64,000 bases of DNA from Balanoglossus misakiensis (taxonomy: Eukaryota > Animalia > Hemichordata): NCBI GenBank assembly GCA_040954595.2, contig CM082582.2:9415483-9479482 (forward strand), in the 5' to 3' direction. A program made the translations under genes and the position numbers. This document shows, in pieces, positions 1 through 10,300 of the stretch. Position 1 is the first letter of the stretch. Every line of letters begins with the position of its first letter. A model generated the notes under the pieces. The model did not search any database, was not told the origin of the DNA, and worked only from the letters and a program-made list of their open reading frames with translations.

Positions 1-3000
1 CAATAAAATGAAAGGGAAACTGTCACCATTCCCTGGCACTTCATTTTCCATTCACAAACTTCTCAAGTTTAAATGAATCTCCAGGTAGCAATAACCGATC
101 ACAGGCGATTTCCCGAGAGGCCCGACAGAATGCCCATTTTCCACTCCAACGTGGCGGGGATCAAACCTTTTTACCCAAAGCAGCGGTGACCGAGAAAAAA
201 CAGATAGGCCAGAAACTGTAAATTGAAACATTTAACACTATTTGGTTTTTTAATACAGCGGCCGGGAACAGAGTCACGGGCATGCTGTTGATCACTTCTT
301 TTTTTTTTTGGCGAAGAGTGAGCAGCTGAGATTGAAAGGATAACACGAGGCAAGGACAGATATGCTCTAATGAAAGGTCATATTCATAAATGACTCAACA
401 TGACTGAAATACATGAAAGTTGATGGAGGAAGGCGAGCAGACTTGACAGTAAATTGAACTAAAGTACCACTGTGGTGTACAGCATATCTTAATGTCTGGC
501 GCAACTCTTCAATTATTTATCATATGGAAGACACTACCCATATCCCTTTCCCCCGCACAACGGAGAAAATTAACACTTTTCAGACCGCAATTGACGTATA
601 AATTTAAACAAAATGGGACAGCCATCAGCTATTTTTTTTTATCTCAGTGTAGACCCTGCACTTGCTCATGGATTAATGCAGTGGTGTATTTTTAACACCT
701 GTGCAGACTTCGACACACAATGAACGTGAACATGTGTGGGGCAATATATCTTCTCGGACGTGGAGAGGGAAAAAATGATTTTTTTTTTTGACCACCCACA
801 TTCACTTTGACACACACCAGTCTGGAGTGGCGGCGTACTGGCAGGTCAGCCTGTGTAATTGCACAATGGAAATGACTGTAATACACCACCGACCAGCGAT
901 CCACGCACACAATGTCTGCTCTGGGTTGAATTTCAGAAGTCCTATTTAGCGGAGCAAAGCCAGAATAATGCCAGAATACATTTATTGGTAAAGTGATCAC
1001 ACGGGCCTCCGAGTTGGCCTTTTAACAAGAAGCCCAAAGTTTTCTGTCTCCGCTTGATTGCAACTGCACAATCCAGACAGTTATTTTTGAGATCTCATAG
1101 TGACCGCCTTTGATGAAGGGGGGGATTTTTCTTTTGGCTAATGAATGATAAGCATTATTACCAAATCATTACAATGCTGAAAATTTCTATCACAGTTGTT
1201 GTGTCAATGTGGGTCTGCATTTTCTCTGGTGGTCTACAGGCCCAGAAACAATGGAACCGGAGAGCCTGCAAAAATTAACATCTGAAATAAACCTAAGCTG
1301 CTCTCAAAAAGGAACAAAAAGTTCTTCTGTCCGGCTAAAATTAACAATCAGTTTGTCTGTGCAGTCTGCCTAATTTACAGTGTTAATAGTCTGAAATTCA
1401 ATCCTAATGCAAAAACCCTGTGTAACAGGGGACGGCGATATTACCAATCATTAGGAGAAATTTCCTCCTGACCTTTTCCATCAGAACCGGGTGTCATACT
1501 GCACTAAATATTTGCCATAAAAAAAAATCTGGCAGCTTCCTGCGCTGAATAGAAAAGGGGACTCAGAAAACCCGGATAGCCCGCAGCACTTCAGTGGTGG
1601 CAGACTCAAAAAAGTTGACTTCTGTACACAGTGAAAGGACGTGAATGATCAGACGGGCGAGGGGGAGATCGGCTAATTTGCGAGTCGGGCAAAACACAGT
1701 GTAACTTAATTCTCATAGTAAAGTTAGGGGGCAAAGCGAGTGGCAATCGCCCAGGTTGGGTGCAACGGCTGAAGGACTAACTTTAGCACACAAAGTATGT
1801 CTTGCGCTACGCACTCAATTAACATAGCCAACCATACCGCTGACCCAATGCATGTCTGATATGTAAAGAAACTCGCCGAGGTCAAAGGTTCCCCGCACGA
1901 CACCCGGTTTGAAACAGAAGATTTCCTGATGAACCAGCATGCAACAATGGTTGTCTCCTTTAGAGTTTTTTTTTTTTTACACTGATGATGATCGTCATCA
2001 TCTCTCTGACTTCCAGTCAAAAGACATCAGATCATTTCTGGCTATTGCCTCATAACACATAGTTCCAGAGAACAGACAGACATCCAGAACTTCCAGTCCT
2101 GGTTATCGTCAGTAATCACTGCATGGGCACAGGGGAAGCCAAGCAACTGGATGATAACAACCGAGTCTTGATGATATTCATAACGATTTTTTTCCCACCG
2201 AGCTGGTTTCACCAGCCTTGGAGCTCCATCAACTGTTAGCTTCCCCGGTTGGCTTCCCCCCTCCCTCCTGGACTTTTTAAGTTCAGTGAACCAACCAACC
2301 ACACTTGATTGTTCCACTCCCATCATACATCTGAACTGCCAACCATCTTGTTTGTCAACACAGCCAATACAGGTGCACACAGGTAACCATTATCATTATT
2401 GACAGATGAATTCAAGTCCGTACTTGCATTCAGTATTAAACAATGCTGAGTGTGCACATATGGGGACTGTGTTGAAAAGCTTCATGCTGGACATTTCATC
2501 ATGCTTCAGGGATTCAGACAAAAAATAAACTACACATGGTAAACCTAACAAAAATACTGTACAACAGCCTAAAGTATATACAACCAATGGGCATGTGGGC
2601 TTGACAAGAAAACTGATTATGTCCATGTTCCCCCTCCCCCCTTCCCCCAAGTAATATCAAAATTCTGAAAACACCAGCATACCACCGCAAGAGCCACAGC
2701 CAGACATCTGCTAGCCACTAAAAGCAACCAGACCCCACTAAATGGCCTTCGGTTACACCTACCACTGACTTCCAAGGCACCTATCACTTTCTCAAATATT
2801 TCTAAGCACCGACGGTGCATAATTTAGAATTATAAAAGTTAAACTTTGGGCATGCCAGGCATAGCTTCCCGCTAGATTTATGAAATTCTTCACGGGAGAT
2901 GGTCATTTCTGGTTCAAGAAGCTTATTTCCTCTCCAGTAAACAAATACTTTCTTCATCTCCATAATCTCGGCTGCCTTCAGCAATTTTGGAAATTTAAGA

Positions 3001-3664
3001 AGTAACGTCATTTCCAATTAAGGAGGGCTTCCTCCCCCTGTATTAAAATACTTGTCCTCAACACACAAAGATTCTAATTTCATTCCACAGAGCATGCTTA
3101 GTAGATAAAATGGCTCACTAGCAAGTCTTTCGGATATTTTTGCATGAACCAGCATTTTGATTTTGAATATTGTATTCCCATTCTATTTAGTGCACTGAAG
3201 ATACCCTTTTTTTAAACAATGACTTTCACAATTGCTTTGTGTTAACAACAATGGGTTTTAGACAACAGTTGGTCCCTGGACATGTTGCCACTTTAATTAG
3301 TGTTTTAGGGATGTGGATTTGTATGAAAGTTCGGGATTAGCACCTCCTTGCCAGCAACACTGACTTCACACATTCATGATCCATTTTACATGAGCTGCAG
3401 AAAGAGAAGTCTATTCTCTTCCAGGGCAGTGGCCATCAAGTACTCAGCTAAGGAGGGAGGGGGCCCTCTGTATATTTCTGTTGACTCTAAACAGTCCTGT
3501 GTTTGGTTGTCATGTGAACTAGTGGGTAAGTTTAGTTTGTATGTGGTGTTACTTTGAGTGAAAGTTAAAGGAAAGAAAATAAGTATTTCTCCTCATAGAG
3601 ACATTTACAAAGTGGAGTTGCAGAAAAGCACGCCAAGGAAAGAAAAGTAAGAGAGACATCTTAC

Positions 3665-3697
3665 CATCTCCATCTCCTGTTGTTTCCATGGTAACAT
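3665..3697 (-). CDS. Sall: 33-nt symmetric phase-1 small exon of Sall (DVTMETTGDGD)
   Basis: Minus strand: long (CT)n tract, then cttcgtcctcttgctgtcccatgcag|ATGTTACCATGGAAACAACAGGAGATGGAGATG|gtaagat. In frame, purine-rich exon body. Confidence 0.72.
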
Positions 3698-4789
3698 CTG
3701 CATGGGACAGCAAGAGGACGAAGGGAGAGAGAGAGAGAGAGCAAAGAGAGACGTGAGAATTCAGTGGAGGTGTTAAAAGTGGAAACAGTAACAGCTGTTG
3801 AGAAAAGAATTTATGAAAGTCCTGGGAAAATATTTTATGAATATGATTAGAGCATATACGGCAGCCATAAAACTAACAATAAAAGTTTGCCAAACATAGC
3901 TACCCTTTTATATAGATCTCATAAAGATATTGAAAACTTGTGACAGGGGGTCACAGATCAGAAGTTATGAGAAACACAGTGCCATAATTAAGGAAAGTAT
4001 ACATGTCAGAGAGAGAGAAAAAGTAGCCATAATTTACTTCCACCTGTGTTAACTGTTCAAAGTACGTTCCATAAAACCGGGCGAAAATTTGACTTGTCAC
4101 ATCGCTCAACTGCTGACTTTTGCTAAAGATGTAGTCACCTGTCAACAGTCATGTCGACTTTTTCATGGTGTCATAATCTGACACATATTTGACTGGTTGA
4201 AATTTTTGCGGCGAATTTTTTTTCAGTTTCATACAAAGATGGCGACACCTGTCCACGAACATTTCCCATATTTGATATCTGTACACAAACAAACTACCAC
4301 ATCAAACGACAAAAGTTCGAGACACTTATCAAGTCGAAGCCAGGCTTGCTCTAACTTAAAGGGAAGATTTCCTTCCCCCGTACGACAGAAGCTTCACTAC
4401 CACCCTGAAATATGACATGCTCCGCCAGATCAATTTTCAAAGTTTACTGACTTCTGGCTGGGGTCCCAAAGCAGAGGCCCTTGATCTGCTTTTTGCTTCT
4501 TTTTTTGTTACATAATGCCGCACTAAGATGATGTTCATTCTTTGCAAAATACCTGCTCAACACAAAGGAATTTACAGCCTTTCTCAATAATCATAAAATT
4601 TTCAAGTACTAAATCTCTATTTTTATGACAAGTAATGCACAGCTCTTTAATTTTATTTTCTATATCCTTTGAGCACCAGCAACTTGCCGCTTACAGGCCC
4701 TTAAGCCTGTCTTATCAGACTTCCTTTCCCATTGTTTCAGTCTCTCCCAATTCCAGGTGAAATCAAGACAAGAAAGACGGATGACATAC

Positions 4790-4810
4790 CTTCCATATTT
4801 GAGGTCTCAG
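4790..4810 (-). CDS. Sall: 21-nt symmetric phase-1 microexon of Sall (AETSNME)
   Basis: Minus strand: ctttcttttctttttctcag|CTGAGACCTCAAATATGGAAG|gtatgt. Near-consensus acceptor and donor, in frame, no stop. Confidence 0.72.
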
Positions 4811-5000
4811 CTGAGAAAAAGAAAAGAAAGTAATCTGATCGTGAGATTTACGCTCAGAAAAGATTTTGCGCAGAGTAAACACCACAACAGTAGTTACAAA
4901 CACCAAAAGAAATATGTCCCCTATAATAAACAGCAACAAGCCATATTTTTGATGGTTACTTTATTGCAAAGTATAACAAGTAGTCGGCTGCTGTCGTCAC

Positions 5001-5026
5001 GTCGCCATGGCAATCGCCATGGCAAC
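5001..5026. promoter_or_regulatory. Tandem overlapping RFX X-box-like motifs
   Basis: GTCGCCATGGCAATCGCCATGGCAAC: 12-bp direct repeat TCGCCATGGCAA x2, located between two microexons. Confidence 0.4.
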
Positions 5027-5210
5027 CATGAATTTATGAAAGTGAATGGATCTTGACAAGTGGCGTGTTTTGTCACGGCTTTGGGTCACTGTGTTGAGGA
5101 ATTTAGTTTTGTTGACATTTATTGCGGAGAGAAATAAATCTTTCGCAGAGGTCATAAGAAATTAAAGTGGGATAGAAAGAGAGAAAAGAATTTCAAGTTA
5201 TGACACATAC

Positions 5211-5231
5211 CTTCTTTAGGAGTCTCTACTT
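5211..5231 (-). CDS. Sall: 21-nt symmetric phase-1 microexon of Sall (EVETPKE) with tandem CAG/AAG/TAG acceptors
   Basis: Minus strand: ctttcttttctgtctgcttctttccctctcttttg-(A)n-cacag|AAGTAGAGACTCCTAAAGAAG|gtatgt. Strong donor, in frame. The pyrimidine tract is separated from the AG by an A-run, so the acceptor is atypical. Confidence 0.62.
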
Positions 5232-6475
5232 CTGTGTTTTTTTTTCAAAAGAGAGGGAAAGAAGCAGACAGAAAAGAAAGTGGTTTTAGTGTTTTGTTCA
5301 ATAAATACATAATGTCAGTTGCTAAGATGACATGTTTGCTTGTCACGAGAGAACTTTCCCTTGAGGGCCAAAGTTTGCCCTGGGACCATGGGAGGTCTAC
5401 TGAACAGTTTCAAACCAAACTGGTTCTGAAACTGGGCTGGCCGCAACAATTAAGACGTTCCATCGGAATTTCGGATAACTGCCAGTTTTACCACGTCAGA
5501 ACAATAGCTTGAGTATAGCTTTGAAACAAAAAGCAATAATTAAAAGCAAACTGTTGTATTTATTAAAGTCAGCCGGCCACCATATTGCAGCTATAAAATT
5601 CTGACACTCAAGTCGGTTTGCAAACAAAAACACTGGCAAAGTGTTTATAGCAACAGTTTCTTTTGACAAAACCTCGGCACGGTCATATTTTGATGATTCA
5701 TGTCAGGCCCTCCCTGAATTGATATACATCATTATTTATAATATAAATTACTTTTATGCCATTAAAAAGTCTTGGGAGCATTTTAACAACATCGGCACAC
5801 CACCCTTGCCTCTGACATAGTTTATTTAAAGACCTCTTTCTGTCACGCTTTTCCCATATGAAACTTTTAATAGCATTCTCGTGCGGGATAAGTTTGTGGG
5901 TTTTAAAATTTTAACACGAGTATTTTACATGCCATGAACATGAATTTGAAATGAGAGGACCGACGCCAAGACAACACCATAAGATTCACCGCAAATATTT
6001 GCCCCGAGAAGAAATTTTGGATTTGACGCTTTCTGTAGTCTAAACTTGTGGCGATTTATGGCCCGCCTGAAATAGATGACCAGCTTTTACCCATATGTTA
6101 GAAAATCTGGAGCAGAAAGTCACTAGTTCAAGAGGTGGTGCTTACTAATAAACATCATTGCTGGCAGAAAATTGTGAGCAAAAGGACGGTAGATACACCC
6201 CTACCACCCAATGAAGCCAGTTTCAACTCGGGTTTCCGATGGCGAAATTGGACCCACGTGAAGGAAATTAAGAGGAAAGTTTTAAAACTCTGATGTTCAT
6301 TTTAATTGCGATGGTTGTGTATGATTATCATGACTTGAAAACATTAATATTTTATTTTAATGAAATACTTGAGGTAGGATGTCTTTTTATAATATGGACA
6401 TCAACATCCTTGTCATCTATCTATATATGTATATCCATGATGTAGGCAAGACTATCACCTGTTAGAACATCTCAC

Positions 6476-6555
6476 CATGCATGCATTCTTTTGTGAATCA
6501 CACTCATATCATGCAAGATTTATGAGTAATGACAGGATGGCATGAGATATGATGA
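6476..6555 (-). promoter_or_regulatory. Candidate intronic splicing enhancer: 3x UGCAUG (RBFOX) and 6x YCAY (NOVA) downstream of the 18-nt microexon
   Basis: Plus-strand catgca at 6476, 6480 and 6510 (TGCATG on the sense strand). Sense sequence tcatcatatctcatgccatcctgtcattactcat at 6555-6522. Confidence 0.5.
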
Positions 6556-6576
6556 CCAACAGAGAAACTATCTTAC

Positions 6577-6594
6577 CTCCAGAATGGTCAACTC
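6577..6594 (-). CDS. Sall: 18-nt symmetric phase-1 microexon of Sall (GVDHSG)
   Basis: Minus strand: ctaat branch-like site, ~35-nt CT tract, then cttgcctgttgtaactacttgtag|GAGTTGACCATTCTGGAG|gtaagat. Length is divisible by 3 and the exon is open in the exon-1 frame. Confidence 0.72.
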
Positions 6595-6722
6595 CTACAA
6601 GTAGTTACAACAGGCAAGAGAGAAAGAGAGAGAAAGAGAAAGAGAGAGAAATATGGTTATTAGAATTATTTACTTTTCAAGGATAAAATCAACATTGTTA
6701 GTACATGTAATCAGATTCTTGC

Positions 6723-6934
6723 TTAACCCTTTTAACGCTGGTCAACTTGTCATCATCTTTCGAAAAATAAATCCTCACAACTTTTCCACACATTTTTTTC
6801 TCAAATTTTGATTAAGAACTGAAGATTCTGTCCACTTGGTCCAAAATAAAGTAAAAATTTAGAGAAAAATGGGTGAAAATGTGAAAATGTTGCACCACAT
6901 TTTGACAGAGAAAATGTAACGTTCAAAGGGTTAA
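6723..6934. mobile_element. ~204-bp non-autonomous DNA transposon (MITE, piggyBac-like TTAA/CCC termini)
   Basis: TTAA at 6723-6726 and 6931-6934 (target-site duplication). Imperfect terminal inverted repeats CCCTTTTAACGCT and CCCTTTGAACGTT (11/13 match). AT-rich non-coding interior. Confidence 0.7.
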
Positions 6935-7203
6935 GTAGGATTTTTGTGCGCTGGAAGCCACACCAAGATCTAAAGCCCCAGCATTTTTTTTACAGAACCC
7001 CTTCAAGAGATTTACAAAAAACAGAAGATTTTTACACAAAGAGAGAGCAGGGTGAATAGTATAAAAGATGTTAAAATTATAATTAGGTCTTTTGTTCGGG
7101 CAAGGTTCTACAAGTATTAGAAGGACCAAGCAATCAGAGGCTTTGATTAGTTTGAGGTTAATATGTTTCCAGTTCCACTGGAAGGTGTTTTTTCCCATCT
7201 TAC

Positions 7204-7284
7204 TTTTCATAAGCGTAAATTACAGATAGTGAAACAAATAAAAGGCAAAGCGCAGAGTGAAGAAGTCAGCCAGGCGCATCCCTA
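7204..7284 (-). other. Candidate 81-nt exon with stops in all frames, ending in ATG AAA A| (phase 1)
   Basis: Minus strand cactaac branch consensus, T/CT tract, ctccag|TAGGGATG...TTATGAAAA|gtaagat. Very strong acceptor and moderate donor. Confidence 0.35.
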
Positions 7285-7350
7285 CTGGAGAGAGAGAGAG
7301 AAAAAGCATTCGAGAAAAAAAAAGTGTCTGTTAGTGAGTTAGTTGCTTAC

Positions 7351-7372
7351 CAAAGGTTTGATTAGGCAGCCT
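7351..7372 (-). other. Candidate 22-nt frame-breaking exon, or 3' end of an alternative non-coding first exon
   Basis: Minus strand ctttttgttcttttcag|AGGCTGCCTAATCAAACCTTTG|gtaagc. Strong splice sites, but in phase 1 it reads GAG GCT GCC TAA (stop). Confidence 0.4.
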
Positions 7373-10300
7373 CTGAAAAGAACAAAAAGCCAATTTTTCA
7401 AACACACTGTGATTTGAACGCTAAAGACTTTCTTTTTAATCTGTGAATTAAAGAGTGCGGCGATCTCAGCACACGTGGCTGCTTGCATGTGTAGTAGTAA
7501 GTACTAGTAGCAGTAGTAGTTGTTGTGAGAGGGAGCCACGGAAGGAAGGAAGCCAGCGGTTCATCATGACCACAGGGCTTGTGAGTGATCACCGCCAGTG
7601 ATGGAGGGTGAAGCCAAGAGTCTTGTTTATTAATCACACAAAGAAATGGAGCCGTTGGATAAACTATAACTACCTCGTAAAGTTTTCAGCTCCGCTAATG
7701 ACCAGCCCCTCAGGCCAGGCTGTACATTTTCCTAATTATAAGTCAAAAATGTATGCTCCCCTTTCCCTTCATCTTTTTAATATCGACAGATAGGCGTCGT
7801 TAGAATCACGACCTTCCCCCGGACCAGGATTTCTCCGCGTCTCAGCTCAATCGCCCGGGTTTAATTTATATACGTAAAGCCCTGAAGACCCCCCCCCCCC
7901 CAATACACAAATGAAAACATGTTATTACCGATATGGAGATATGCACGTCCTGTAAACTGCCGAGGCAATTTAGAATCTGCAGTCGAGTTTAAACCCATCA
8001 GCTAAAAGATGGCATGAAAATGTTACTAGAGGGGATTTGCCTGCTAACTTGCATCACGGGCAATAGACGGACGCTGAGAAAGATCCATCAAATAGTTTGT
8101 CTTTTCTCTCTCTCCCCTATCTAAATTGGCCCCAGGCATCAACTTGGAAATTAAAATCTTAAAAAGCTTGACATTTTTGTCAATTGATGGGCTTATCCGT
8201 CATCAGCGTTGGCTCGCACAATCACGAGAAGAAAAGATATGTCCCGACTGAATTGATTTCTCAGACACGCATTTTTGCATATCCAATATGGAATTCCACG
8301 GCAGGCCAGTTCTGTCTCTAAACCCATTTTTTTTCATCCTATTTACTCGCAGTTTTGATTGACATTTCACACAAAAATCATGCACTTTCACATCCTGTTT
8401 TTCAACCAAGAACCTCTTGATCTTTTCTTTTTTAAACTGACCTTCCTTTACAAGTTATACAACCATTACATTCTGTGAAGCTCTGAAAATGAAAGCTAAA
8501 TTCATAACCCTTCTTTCTACTATTTATCATTTTTCTATAAAAAGCCAACCATTATCAGAAATTTTTCTCTTGAAAGTGCAACTCCCATTTTGCTTTCTTT
8601 CTTTCTTTTTGAAACATAGTCCCCTTTCAGTAAGTTTCTTCCCTGGTGTAGAAGGAACTTAATATTCTGAGATAATATTTGAACCCTTACATGACTATCG
8701 TGTTCTTTTTTTTTTCTTTTTTCCAAAGACTTGAAACGGCAGATATCAGCTCCCCAGACCAACAAGAGGATATGTTTCCAGTGCCCCTATAGGCCTGTAA
8801 AAACATCCATCTAGCATACTGAGGGGACAGTCGATGCCTGTTCCTGCTTGCAATACACTCCCACTCTCTCTCAAAAGAGAGATTACTAATGAATCATTTA
8901 TACACACTGCATTACTATGGAATCAATTTTCATATTTCTGCCGGTGTGTGCCGCGTACGACTTGGCGCTTTCTGCCTCTTAAGTGCTCTCTATCCATGAA
9001 TTACCCCTGAAACATCAGTCATCCAACAAATGCCTGTTCGCTCACTCTCCTGTCTCTCTGCCCCCCCCCCCCCCCCTCCAAAATAATGCAAGCTTGCTAG
9101 GAGGCGCAGACAGAACAAGCAACGGGCCATCAGAAGCACAAACGTCCGGAAGATGCAGATGATTGCGGAGACGCACAAAAAACCTACTGTTTTAAATCAC
9201 TGGTAGTTGACTCGAAACCACACCGCAATTACACAATCTTTTGGAAAGGCAACTCGGGGAGCTAAACAGCCCGACAGCCACTCCAGCCCAGCTGTAATTA
9301 CACCCGTCACAGACCAGACAGATTTATTTGTTTTGCGAATTCAAAATTACACTTATTAATAGCAATCACGGCTTATTGGGATAAAAAAACAGCTTTTTAA
9401 AAGCACGGCCGCAATCAGAGATAGTGCTCTTATTTATGGCGAGATCAGTAATTCGGGCCTGCCAACTTTCCCAGGATGTGCAATTTTATAGCTATTACAC
9501 ATGATGATAACACTGACCCATTTTATACATCTTTTATCCATCACTGTGAAAAATGGGTGGTGATGCTTGCCGCTCCGGCATTACGAGGGCTGTCTGGGAC
9601 GTGCCCACAGTCCCTGTCGTACATCAAAGTCCTGGGAATTGGCAGCCATTATTAAATTCGTACCAGAGGAAAAAAATTCCCATCTAACAGCCAGCATTGT
9701 GATAATCCCCCCTTCAACACAACAACTGATATGATATGACAACGTTACCGATATCCCACTACTAGCACATGAGACACTTCTGATCTTTGACCCCTGACCC
9801 CGGAGTACAGCTGATACCAGTCACAATAGATACCAACTTGTCAAATGATAAGGAATCATTGATAAATATATTTAGTGTAAACAAACGCTGACCATCTCTC
9901 AAAATTTTTTGGATGCTGATGGGTATTATATTTCAGCGCTAGCAAAGGTTATTCTTTACAAAGGTTCTGCCGACCTGAAATTTCCCCAGCCTCCTCATCA
10001 TCATATCCTCTCATATCTCTCTGTGTGCAATTGGATGGCTACCCTCAATAGTCACAACTTTTCTTTGCAGTCTATTTGTCCTCATACAAAAGTTTTGCAC
10101 GAAAACAAGGAGAACTAAAATTTCATGACTTTATGATTTGACAAACAAAACTTTTCCGGAACCGAGTTTTGGAAACCTAGCAAAAACAAATTTTGAGCCA
10201 TACCTTGTGCAGGATTCACATACGCCACAATCACTCCTGTGTATTTCACTCTCTACCGGACAGCACGTATGTCATGAGACAGACGAGAGCACCCCAAAAA

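Noticed and set aside
171-330. Acceptor-like site followed by AAHSSPKKKRSDQ (NLS-like) in phase 1
   Set aside because: The lysine run comes from a T homopolymer, there is no phase-1 donor, and no Sall C2HC zinc finger follows.
1500-1544. 45-nt exon-like segment; similar 33-nt segment at 3904-3936
   Set aside because: Both have in-frame stops and weak donors.
1950-3020. Run of minus-strand short ORFs suggesting a decayed coding sequence
   Set aside because: No transposase, reverse transcriptase or other motif recognised; cannot be supported without a search.
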